Assembly (NCBI GenBank): GCA_027491415.1
Contig: JAOZFH010000050.1
Location: 22,778-86,777 of the forward strand
Direction: 5' to 3'
DNA: 64,000 nucleotides
From: Thermoproteota archaeon
Lineage (GTDB): Archaea > Korarchaeota > Korarchaeia > Korarchaeales > Korarchaeaceae
In this document: positions 48,900 through 57,330 of the stretch, in pieces
Position numbering within the stretch: the stretch's first letter is position 1
How the letters are laid out: each line of letters starts with the position of its first letter
The notes under the pieces: model-generated
Told to the model about the DNA's origin: nothing
The model's input: the letters and a program-made list of their open reading frames with translations, nothing else
Databases searched by the model: none
Program-made: the position numbers and the translations under genes

Positions 48900-49050
48900 T
48901 CCCCCACTTTCACGGAAGTTTGACGTAACTTTCACCTATCATATAGATAAATTGTGGTACTCAAAGTTCCTGTGTAAATTCAAAACTTAACTTCAAATCC
49001 CCAGCATACAACGTGAAAATAGCTTTGATGTTAGAAGCCTTTTTTAGTTG
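48900..49050. promoter_or_regulatory. AT-rich divergent promoter with repeats
   Basis: ACTTTCAC at 48906 and 48928, inverted GTGAAAAT at 49013, TATC-ATATA-GATA at 48937-48949, several TCAAA/TTTGA. Confidence 0.6.
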
Positions 49051-49842
49051 TCAAAATTCATTTTGCAGCGGAAGGCGACCGCCTTGGCCGGGGGCATCTA
49101 CCTGGTGCTTGCCGAGAACGGCTCGATAGAGGAGCTCACAGCCGTACACAGGAAGCTGCCCCCTAAGGTGGTCTATGGACTTGTTCAGAGGGGTTCGAGG
49201 GGAGAGTCGGCCGTAAAGGAGTACTGCGAGCGGGTCGGCCCCTTCGTTGAGAGGGTGGTCGTGGAGGAGGTCAACCTGTACGACATTGACGAGGTGCTCG
49301 ACGTCGTCGAGCACGTGGCCCACGACGCCCAGAGGGCCGGGGCCGAGGTCTACCTCCTCCTCAACTCCGTTTCCCCGGTGGTCCCAGCCGCCTTCCAGCT
49401 GGCCGCCTCCTTCTTCGGCCTCAGGGTGGTGGTCGCCTACGGGGACTCGGTCGACGAGATCCCGGTCCCTCCGGCCAGCGTGCTGGCGATGCCCAAGAGG
49501 GTCCTCGACATAATAGACGCGCTCGCGAAGAACCCAGGTGGAATGAAGCTCAGCAAGCTTGCAACCAGCGTGGAGCACAGGGGAAGGGGGAATAAGAGGG
49601 GGAAGACCGACGAACTCAGGAGGAGGGTGGCGACCATCGACTACTACATCAACCGCTACCTGAAGCCCCACGGCCTCGTCGAGGTGACCCCCGCCCAGGG
49701 GGAGGGGAGGGGATTCAGGATAAGGCTGACCGAGCGTGGACTCGTCGTGGCGAGGAGGGTGGAGTACTTCCGAGTCGCCGCCTCACGAATGGAGGGCAGG
49801 AAGAGGGCCGGAGAGCCCGAGCTGGTGGAGGTCAGCGGCTGA
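49048..49842 (+). CDS. CARF-like (Csa3/DUF6293-type) + winged-HTH transcription regulator
   Basis: Rossmann-like N-domain (EEVNLYDIDEVL..EVYLLLN..AAFQLAA), EIPVPP linker, wHTH (LDIIDAL..KLSKLA..LKPHGLVEV..IRLTERG); alternative start TTG at 49084. Confidence 0.7.
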   Translation: MSKFILQRKATALAGGIYLVLAENGSIEELTAVHRKLPPKVVYGLVQRGSRGESAVKEYCERVGPFVERVVVEEVNLYDIDEVLDVVEHVAHDAQRAGAEVYLLLNSVSPVVPAAFQLAASFFGLRVVVAYGDSVDEIPVPPASVLAMPKRVLDIIDALAKNPGGMKLSKLATSVEHRGRGNKRGKTDELRRRVATIDYYINRYLKPHGLVEVTPAQGEGRGFRIRLTERGLVVARRVEYFRVAASRMEGRKRAGEPELVEVSG

Positions 49843-49850
49843 GGCCGGCC

Positions 49851-51818
49851 TCAACCGCCCTCCTGCCTCACGTACCTCAGCAGCCTCTCGAGGTCCCTCC
49901 TCACCAGCGGCTGAAGCTTGTTGTAGAGTTCTGGGCTCTCTTCCCTGAGGTGCTCGAGCCTTATGGCCGCGTCGATGATCTCGTACCTCTTCCTCATGAG
50001 CGAGGTCCTCTCGAGCTCGTCCCTCACGTCAGAGATCACCGGGGAGAAGGCCACCTTGAGGGACCTGAGGCCGGACCCTGCCAGTCTCAGGAGGTCGTAC
50101 CACACCTCCCTGAGCCTGAGCTGGAGCACGGCCTGAACCAGGTAGGCCGCGGCCAGCAGGAGGAGGACGGTCCCCACCCTCTTGGTCACCCAGACGCCCA
50201 AGAAGGCCTGCGCGAGCTGCACCCGCTCGATGACCACGTAGGTCGTGAGAGTCAGGGTGGCCATGAAGAGGTTCATTCCGGCCCCCAGCCTGAACACAGA
50301 GAAGATGAACCAGTTCAGGACGAGGAACATGATGCCGAGGATGAACGTCTGGGGCTCGATGAGGTAGTACGCGGCGAGCACGACTAGGCAGGCCGCAGAC
50401 ACGGCCAGGTCTCTGGCGGTCGCCAGCGGCCCTATGCTCCCCCTCCTGAGCTGGAAGTCCGCCAAGGAGATGAGGGCGAGGGACAGGAGTATGCCCACGT
50501 CCGCTATCCCCACGAGGGTGTTGGTCTCTAGGAGGCCCATGATCAGCGCCATGGCCAGGGTGAACATCCAGGAGTGCCTCGTGATGGAGGCGGGTATGAG
50601 GCCGTCCCTCCCGAGCTCCTCCAGGTGCCTCTTGGCGGCCATGTAGGAGGGGGTGAGGGTCGTTATCGCGGCCAGCAGGACTAGGGAGGCGTTTACGAGG
50701 ACGGCCATCTCCCCAATCCCGAAGGAGATCTCCAGGGGAGGGATGTCGCCAGAGAGGTCGAACGGGGAGATGACCACCGAGTAGACCGCGAAGATAGCCG
50801 TCGACGCGGCGACTGTTAGCATCATCGCCCAGCCGACGTACCTCTCCCTCGACACGGGTCCCAGGAGCGGAATCCTCACCTCTGGCTTGCTCTCCTCGAA
50901 GAGGGCCTGGACCTCTTGGAAGCCGAAGAGGACCAGGTAGATGTAGCCGGCGTTGAATATCACGTCTCTGAGGGTCAGGTGGCTCTCAGAGAGGACGCGG
51001 AGGGGGGGCGATGGAGCCGACTCCAGGAAGCTGGACAGGCTGAGGGTCAGGAGGGTCAGGAAGGCGGCTATCAGGCCCGCCTGGACCAGCGCGACCTCCC
51101 GCCTGTGGGTGCCCTCGTACTTGAACAGGAGGGCGGCCCATAGGAGGACGGCAAGGCCCACGACGGCGATCGTGACGTACAACGCGAATCCAGAGATCCG
51201 GAACGCGAGCAGGACATCCGGGAGGTAGGACGCCAGGAACTTGATCGACATCACTAGGTTGAAGGCCGTGAGCGCCGTGGTGCCCACCCACATGCTGAGC
51301 CTGCTGAGGAAGTACGACGCCCCGGGTCCGTAGGCCGACTTGACGAAGGCCGGGCCGCCGACCGACCTCTCCCCCCGGCCGGAGAGGAGCCTCCCCATGG
51401 TGCCGTAGGCCTGCGCCAGCAGGAGGGAGATGCCCCCGGACAGGGCTATGGCGGCCAGGGTGGAGGCCAGCGAGGAGGATCTTATTGCGTAGGGGAGGAC
51501 CGTCAGCATGGAGATGCCCATCGTCGACCCGATGCCGGCGACGAGCAGGGACAAGAAGCCGTAGATGGGCTCGGGGGTCGCCGCCTCGCCTCTAATCTCG
51601 AACCTCCTGGCCAGCCTGCCGAACATGCCCCCCAGGAAGATCAGGCCCCCTATGCCGTAGACCATGGCCAGCGCGGAGCCCAGGATGAGGGAAGCCGGGC
51701 TCCTGTCTTGGAACAGGGCGAGGCCCACCAGGAGGGCGGCCGCCAGGATCAGGCTAAGCGCGCCAGCGAACAGCCTGACGACGATCAGCGCCTTCCTGAT
51801 CTGCTCAACCACTACCAC
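49851..51818 (-). CDS. APC-superfamily amino acid permease-like protein
   Basis: AGIGSTMGISM, VGGPAFVKSAYG, LFGFQEV, RHLEELGRDGLIP; extra TMs at both ends. Confidence 0.8.
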   Translation of the reverse strand: MVVVEQIRKALIVVRLFAGALSLILAAALLVGLALFQDRSPASLILGSALAMVYGIGGLIFLGGMFGRLARRFEIRGEAATPEPIYGFLSLLVAGIGSTMGISMLTVLPYAIRSSSLASTLAAIALSGGISLLLAQAYGTMGRLLSGRGERSVGGPAFVKSAYGPGASYFLSRLSMWVGTTALTAFNLVMSIKFLASYLPDVLLAFRISGFALYVTIAVVGLAVLLWAALLFKYEGTHRREVALVQAGLIAAFLTLLTLSLSSFLESAPSPPLRVLSESHLTLRDVIFNAGYIYLVLFGFQEVQALFEESKPEVRIPLLGPVSRERYVGWAMMLTVAASTAIFAVYSVVISPFDLSGDIPPLEISFGIGEMAVLVNASLVLLAAITTLTPSYMAAKRHLEELGRDGLIPASITRHSWMFTLAMALIMGLLETNTLVGIADVGILLSLALISLADFQLRRGSIGPLATARDLAVSAACLVVLAAYYLIEPQTFILGIMFLVLNWFIFSVFRLGAGMNLFMATLTLTTYVVIERVQLAQAFLGVWVTKRVGTVLLLLAAAYLVQAVLQLRLREVWYDLLRLAGSGLRSLKVAFSPVISDVRDELERTSLMRKRYEIIDAAIRLEHLREESPELYNKLQPLVRRDLERLLRYVRQEGG

Positions 51819-51824
51819 GGGCGA

Positions 51825-52250
51825 TCATCCCTCCTCCGTGACCCCGAGGCCCTGCATGACCTCGCCTGCGTTGGCCAAGCTGTTAACGCACATTACCAGG
51901 AGGGCCAGACCGACCAGAAAGGCGAGGAACCTGAGCCCCGAGACGTTGGCCTTGGTCAGGAGATCTAGAAACTGGTACATCACCTCCTGAAACTCCTCTT
52001 CGCTCGATGGGACCACGAGCAGGAGGCCGGTGACCAGGAACAGGGCGGAGAGCAGGAACTGCATGAGCACGTAAAGGAGGCCCAAGAACTTGCTCCCATA
52101 GAGCAGAGGGTGCCTGATGGCGAACACGAGCCTAGATAGGGTTTCGTGCTTTTCCATGCTCTTGATGAGGCTGAAAACCTTGGAGGGATCGTCGAGGCTG
52201 CTCCGAACGATCCCGGCCAGCCTGTCAACGACGTCGTCGACCGAGTCCAT
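51825..52250 (-). CDS. two-TM hypothetical protein
   Basis: ATG at 52250; co-oriented 6 nt upstream of the permease. Confidence 0.6.
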   Translation of the reverse strand: MDSVDDVVDRLAGIVRSSLDDPSKVFSLIKSMEKHETLSRLVFAIRHPLLYGSKFLGLLYVLMQFLLSALFLVTGLLLVVPSSEEEFQEVMYQFLDLLTKANVSGLRFLAFLVGLALLVMCVNSLANAGEVMQGLGVTEEG

Positions 52251-52368
52251 AGAAGATCCAGTGTCGCTGGCCGCGGCATGGGATAAACGTTCTGAAAGTG
52301 TGGGCCTACACCTGACGGCGAGGGTAGAAGCGTGCAGATTTTTGACGATCAGCGCGCGGGCGCCCGTG

Positions 52369-53562
52369 ATGGGCCGGTCAGCGGGCGACCACGGATCAGC
52401 GCGCTTCACCCTCTACTACCTGGCGTTCAGCGTTACCTTAGCTCACGGGATCGTGATAACGCTCCTATCTCTCTATCTGAACGCCATGGGCTACAGCGGG
52501 TCGCAGATAGGGCTATTCAACGCCGGCTTCACCGTGGCCTCTGCGCTCGCGTCCTGGGCGGCAGGAAGGATCTCGGCCTCCAGAGGTTACGTCACCGCCC
52601 TCCTGCTCTCCTTGGTTCCACCGGCCGCGCTGGCCCCCCTCTTTCCACTGGCCATGACCCCCCTGATCACCGTCACGGCCGTGCTCGTCTACGGGCTCTC
52701 CAAGGGCGCCTTCGGCACGGCGGCCGTGGGGCTCCTATCGGAGATTCCGGGCAGGTGGGGCGCGGCGGTCTCCTTCGGGGCCTTCTACACAGCCGTCGTC
52801 CTCGGCAGGACCGTGTCTGGCGCCCTGGCAGGAGCCATCATCGAGGGGCTCGGGTATCCGTACCTCCTGCTCGCCGGCGGCCTGTTGATGGCCGCGGCGG
52901 CCCCGTTAGCCCTCATCCTGAGGGGAAAAGTGGGCTCGCGCGGTGCCGGCCGCGTGAAGAGGCGGGGTGAGGGTCCCAAGTCGTCGAGGAAGCCGTCTAA
53001 GTCCATGATCATCCTGCTGGTGGCCCTCTTCCTGCACACCATGGGGTTCATGGCCGTGAGCCCCTTCTTCTCGCTCTACGCCCTGAAGGAACTAGGGCTC
53101 AGCGAGGGGCTGGTCGGCACGCTGATGTCCATCAGGAGCGCGGGAGTCATGGTGAGCGAGATCGCGGCCGGCTACCTGACCACTGCGGCTGGATCGGCGG
53201 AGGTGCTCACCGCCCACGTCCTCCTGTCCTCCCTGTCGTGGTCCACCTTCACCCTCTCCAGCGGGTTCTGGTCCGCCGCGGCCATCCTGCTCTTCGGAGG
53301 GGTGGTGGGAGCCCTGGACATGCCCGCCAGGAGGACCCTCATCTCAGAACTCAGCGCCCCCGGCGAGGAGCGGGCGAGGTCGATGGGTCTAGTCGACGCC
53401 GTGACCGGCGTGGCCTCCGCCGTCGGATATCTGCTTGGCGGCGCGATGTGGGACAGGTTGGGTCCCCAGTCGCCGTTCCTGATCGCCTCCGTGTACAACG
53501 CCGCCGCTGTGCCGCTCCTGCTCCTCCTCAGGAGGAGAAGGGCAGGCGAGGCTTCAGCCTGA
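52369..53562 (+). CDS. MFS transporter
   Basis: About 12 TM; LYLNAMGYS, AGRIS, PARRTLISEL, GGAMWD. Confidence 0.85.
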   Translation: MGRSAGDHGSARFTLYYLAFSVTLAHGIVITLLSLYLNAMGYSGSQIGLFNAGFTVASALASWAAGRISASRGYVTALLLSLVPPAALAPLFPLAMTPLITVTAVLVYGLSKGAFGTAAVGLLSEIPGRWGAAVSFGAFYTAVVLGRTVSGALAGAIIEGLGYPYLLLAGGLLMAAAAPLALILRGKVGSRGAGRVKRRGEGPKSSRKPSKSMIILLVALFLHTMGFMAVSPFFSLYALKELGLSEGLVGTLMSIRSAGVMVSEIAAGYLTTAAGSAEVLTAHVLLSSLSWSTFTLSSGFWSAAAILLFGGVVGALDMPARRTLISELSAPGEERARSMGLVDAVTGVASAVGYLLGGAMWDRLGPQSPFLIASVYNAAAVPLLLLLRRRRAGEASA

Positions 53563-53645
53563 TTCCGTTAAATATCCTGAGGCCACCTGAACCAAGAGTT
53601 GATTATTGACTGTCAGAGGTGCTCGCAGACTCGGGAGGGTGCGCG

Positions 53646-56117
53646 GTGAGCAAGAGGAGGACCCTGACCGCGCTGGCGGCTCTGGCAGTGCTTGCGAACG
53701 CGGCCTACGGCCTGGCTCAGCCGCATGTGGGGCTAAACGCCTCCACTAACCTCCAAGGGGCCCCACCAGGTGGGGAGGTCGGCGTCTCCGTGAGGGTGTT
53801 CAGCCAGGAGGAGACGCCGATCGAGGGCGTACTTCACGTATCCCTCGTCCGCGCGGGCGGGGTTATCTCCTCGGCCTCCCCTCAGATACTCCAGATCCCG
53901 CCCAAGGGGTCCTCCTCCGCATTGGTCACCCTGAGGGTCCCCGAAGACGCGGGACCCGGTGCCCACTCGATCAGGGTGGTCTTCGCAGTGAACGGCGAGT
54001 CTGTGTCCGCAGAGCTACCGTTCTACGTCACCCCGACCCTCAGTCAGATAGCAGAGCTCGCCATGAGGCTCACCGACATTGATGAGAGGCTGGACCGCCT
54101 CCTCCAGGTAAGGGGAGACGATCCTAAGGTTCAGGCGCTCTCCTCCCTGCGCGAGGCACTCTCGATCAAGTTCGGGGAGCTGGCGAGGCTGGTGGTGGAA
54201 GGAGAAGACCCGGAAAGGGCCGCCGAGCTATACGAGGAGATCGTCTCTTCGCTAGGCGGGATGGAGGAGGAGATCGATGAGGTGAGCGACCTCCGGATCT
54301 TCTTCTGGTCGTTCTCCAGGGAGCTCGACCTGTCGCTGAGCTTCAGCCCGCAGCTCTCGCTCGAGTTCTGGACGAAGGTGGCCACGGCGTCGATTTGGGT
54401 CCTCCTGATCGCGCTGGCGCTGTTCCCGCTCTACTCCACGGGCTACACCACCCTCGCCACGCTGGTGGTGAGGGAGCTCGACCTAGGTGAGGAGGCGCTG
54501 GAGTCGGTGAACCGGAGGGCCGTTGAGATACTTAAGAGGGTTCAAGACGAGCTCGGGTCAGCCAGCTCCCTACGGGGAATGATCATGGTGGCCCTCGCGG
54601 GCGCGCTCGCCAGCGTAGGCATGATGGCGGACAACGTGACGGCCGTGATAGGCTCTATGCTGCTCGCACCCCTCATGAGCACGTTCGTGGCCGGGGCGGT
54701 GGGCCTCGCCCTATACGACGTCTGGAGCGAGGGCAGACCTCTGGGCCTGGACCTGTTCTACCGGGGCTTCAGGGTGGGGATCAAGGGGACGGCCCTTATA
54801 GTGCTCCTCTCCGCCATGACCACCTTCTTCACGAGGGCCTTCGTCCCGGTGAGGATGACCGAGCAGCTGGCCCTGAGGGCGAGCCCGAACCTGGCGGACC
54901 TGGCCATAGCCCTGGCGGCAGGTTTCGCCGGTGCGGTGGCGTCCATGCAGCTGAGCGACGCCAGCTCCCTTGTCGGGTCGGCGGTCGCCATCGCGCTGGT
55001 CCCGCCTGCCGCGGCCGTGGGCGTGGGCGTGGCGATGGGGAACCCGTCCCTGGCCGTCGGGGCCCTGACCCTGACCACGGTCAACGTGGTGGCCATAGTC
55101 TCCGCCGGATACCTGTCGGCGAAGATCTACGCCATCTACCCGCTCATTAAGGGCCTCTACCGCGAGGCCGTCGACTCGATCTCGGAGGCGTGGGGCGAAG
55201 GCTCCCCGGCCGCCCGGGCCGCTAGGGCCACCGGAGAGACGCTCAGGTCCATCCTGATTCTCTTCTCCACGTGGCTCAGGGTCACCATAGGGATACTAGG
55301 TGGGCCCGGGACCATCTCGGACCTGACCTCGATGGTGGCGCGGAGGGTAGCCATACTCGTCGGCCCGATCCTCGTGGCCTGGGCGCTCGGGGCCGCAATA
55401 TCCACCGATTTGTCCTACGCCTTCTCCGACGTCTATTCTGCCCTCTTTGAATCCGTAGAGGACTTGGGAGAGAGAGTGCTGGCCTACCTGCCTGGGCCCA
55501 CCCTTGGCGGCGACCTCGTGTTCTTGGGTGTGGCTGTCCTCGCCGCTGCCTCGGGCAGGATGCTCCTGGCCGAGGTGTCCAAGGCGAGGGAGTCCAGCGG
55601 GCTCAGGGACTACGTTCGCGTAGGCGCCGCCGGGTTCGCGTTCTGGGCGGCTTCCGGCTACCTCCTCGGACTGCATAGGTTCTCTCACGTGGCCGCGGCG
55701 TACACCATCGTGCTGGCGGCCGGGATCGGGGTGGCATCCCTCAAGAGGCTCTGGCGGAGGAGGAGGCGCGTCGCCCTCTACGGCTTCGTGATCTTCACCC
55801 TGTTCACCCTGATGGTCCACAGCGCCGCCGCCTTCGAGAGGGCCAGGGCGGCAGAGGCGATGGGGTCGGAGACGGTGAGCCAGCTGGTGAGGAGCATAGT
55901 CGCCTCGTACGCCGGCGTGAAGCCCTCAGACGTCGACGTCAGCGCCGGAGTCGAGCCGGGAAGGTGGGTTGTAAGGGCCGTGGTGACGGTGAGCGAGTCC
56001 AGGCTGAGGGCGGGGCCTGTGATGACGCCTAAGGTGGTCACCGCGGCTCAGGACGCGCTCTCCGATGCCCTGGGGGTGGATGTGGTCCTGAGGGTGGAGT
56101 ACAGGATAGTGCCCTGA
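53646..56117 (+). CDS. DUF389 (TIGR00341-like) membrane protein with N-terminal Ig-like and coiled-coil domains
   Basis: AVIGSMLLAPLM, RASPNLADLAIALAAG, GSAVAIALVPPAA. Confidence 0.85.
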   Translation: MSKRRTLTALAALAVLANAAYGLAQPHVGLNASTNLQGAPPGGEVGVSVRVFSQEETPIEGVLHVSLVRAGGVISSASPQILQIPPKGSSSALVTLRVPEDAGPGAHSIRVVFAVNGESVSAELPFYVTPTLSQIAELAMRLTDIDERLDRLLQVRGDDPKVQALSSLREALSIKFGELARLVVEGEDPERAAELYEEIVSSLGGMEEEIDEVSDLRIFFWSFSRELDLSLSFSPQLSLEFWTKVATASIWVLLIALALFPLYSTGYTTLATLVVRELDLGEEALESVNRRAVEILKRVQDELGSASSLRGMIMVALAGALASVGMMADNVTAVIGSMLLAPLMSTFVAGAVGLALYDVWSEGRPLGLDLFYRGFRVGIKGTALIVLLSAMTTFFTRAFVPVRMTEQLALRASPNLADLAIALAAGFAGAVASMQLSDASSLVGSAVAIALVPPAAAVGVGVAMGNPSLAVGALTLTTVNVVAIVSAGYLSAKIYAIYPLIKGLYREAVDSISEAWGEGSPAARAARATGETLRSILILFSTWLRVTIGILGGPGTISDLTSMVARRVAILVGPILVAWALGAAISTDLSYAFSDVYSALFESVEDLGERVLAYLPGPTLGGDLVFLGVAVLAAASGRMLLAEVSKARESSGLRDYVRVGAAGFAFWAASGYLLGLHRFSHVAAAYTIVLAAGIGVASLKRLWRRRRRVALYGFVIFTLFTLMVHSAAAFERARAAEAMGSETVSQLVRSIVASYAGVKPSDVDVSAGVEPGRWVVRAVVTVSESRLRAGPVMTPKVVTAAQDALSDALGVDVVLRVEYRIVP

Positions 56118-56153
56118 GTCGCGGGCTAGCGGTCTGAGCCCTCGCGGCAGGGC

Positions 56154-56606
56154 TCACCTCTCCGCCCTATCGATCTTAAGGAGGCTCCTCTCCATGGGGC
56201 TGAACGCCCAGAGCGTGGAGTCGAGGAGAACCCAAGTGATGAGGATGTCCCTCATCGGGGTGAGGTCCACCTCCACGGTCCCCCCGGGGAACGTCGTCGT
56301 GAACCTGCCAGGCGTCTGGAGGATGATTGCGGCGAAGTAGGCCCCGGCCGCGAGGGATAGGACTGGGGCCAGCAAGGTGCGGCGGAGGGCTCCCGAGAGG
56401 AACGATATGGCCACGTAGACTGCCAGCTCGAGGGTCAGCAGGTCGGTCGGAGACGGCATGTGGGGCGCGAGTTCCTCACCGGGCGCGGGCAGCATCGCCG
56501 CGAGAAAGCTGAGCAGGAGCCAGAAAGCGGCGGCGGAGAGCGCCCTCTTGGCCCCCGTCTTCAGGTCGAAGATCTCTCCCGGCGTCAGCCGCCCGTCAGG
56601 GTCCAA
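56154..56606 (-). CDS. membrane hypothetical protein
   Basis: Four TM; overlapping three-gene operon. Confidence 0.6.
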   Translation of the reverse strand: MDPDGRLTPGEIFDLKTGAKRALSAAAFWLLLSFLAAMLPAPGEELAPHMPSPTDLLTLELAVYVAISFLSGALRRTLLAPVLSLAAGAYFAAIILQTPGRFTTTFPGGTVEVDLTPMRDILITWVLLDSTLWAFSPMERSLLKIDRAER

Positions 56607-56935
56607 CTCGCCCTCACCTCCACGAACCCCATCGTGGACAGCGTCATCTCCACACGGTTAGCCGATCTCAGACTCTCGACATCAAGCGGGACCCTCTTCT
56701 GCGAGCCGGGCGAGAGGCGGACCTCCACGCTGCTGACGAGGGCATCTCCCGAGTAAAAGGAGAGGCTAACCTCCGCCTCGAGGGGCGAGGAGTTTCTGAG
56801 AAGCAAGGCGCCGTCAGGGGCAGATTCCAGCCAGATCAGTCCCTCATGTAGCGAGTAGGCCAGCAACATCCACGGCACGAGGTAGAGGAGGAAGAGGGCG
56901 GCGATCGCCAGCCTAAGAGGAGTAGATGGACTCAC
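56585..56935 (-). CDS. single-TM hypothetical protein with beta domain
   Basis: N-terminal TM then Ig-like strands; overlaps both neighbours. Confidence 0.6.
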   Translation of the reverse strand: MSPSTPLRLAIAALFLLYLVPWMLLAYSLHEGLIWLESAPDGALLLRNSSPLEAEVSLSFYSGDALVSSVEVRLSPGSQKRVPLDVESLRSANRVEMTLSTMGFVEVRASWTLTGG

Positions 56936-57200
56936 CTAACTCCTCCTCCCTGTCCTTCAGCTTCAGGAGACCCCAGAGACCCCTGTCGAGGAGATAGCCA
57001 CCGGCGGTCATGCCGACTGCCAGGGGAACCAGCTGTATTATGATCGAGACGAGGTTAGCGAGCCCTCCCTCCAGGTCTCCAGCAGGAGAGGTGTTTGAAA
57101 ACATCTGGAGACTGTAGTAGAAGCCGGCAGTCACCATTCCTATCCCAAGCACGGCGGACAGCGTGGCCACGACCAGCGCCAATCGCGACGGAGCGACCAT
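56913..57200 (-). CDS. two-TM hypothetical protein
   Basis: Two hydrophobic helices; GAGGTGA SD. Confidence 0.6.
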   Translation of the reverse strand: MVAPSRLALVVATLSAVLGIGMVTAGFYYSLQMFSNTSPAGDLEGGLANLVSIIIQLVPLAVGMTAGGYLLDRGLWGLLKLKDREEELGESIYSS

Positions 57201-57330
57201 TGGTCTTCACCTCGTCGAATCATCCTGGGCGACCAGAGGGACTTAAATTTCGCCCAAGAGGACGCCCCGGTTATTTTGGAGGCGAGGGGTGCCGGAGACC
57301 TTTTTATTCACCTAGATTAGGACCCCTGCG

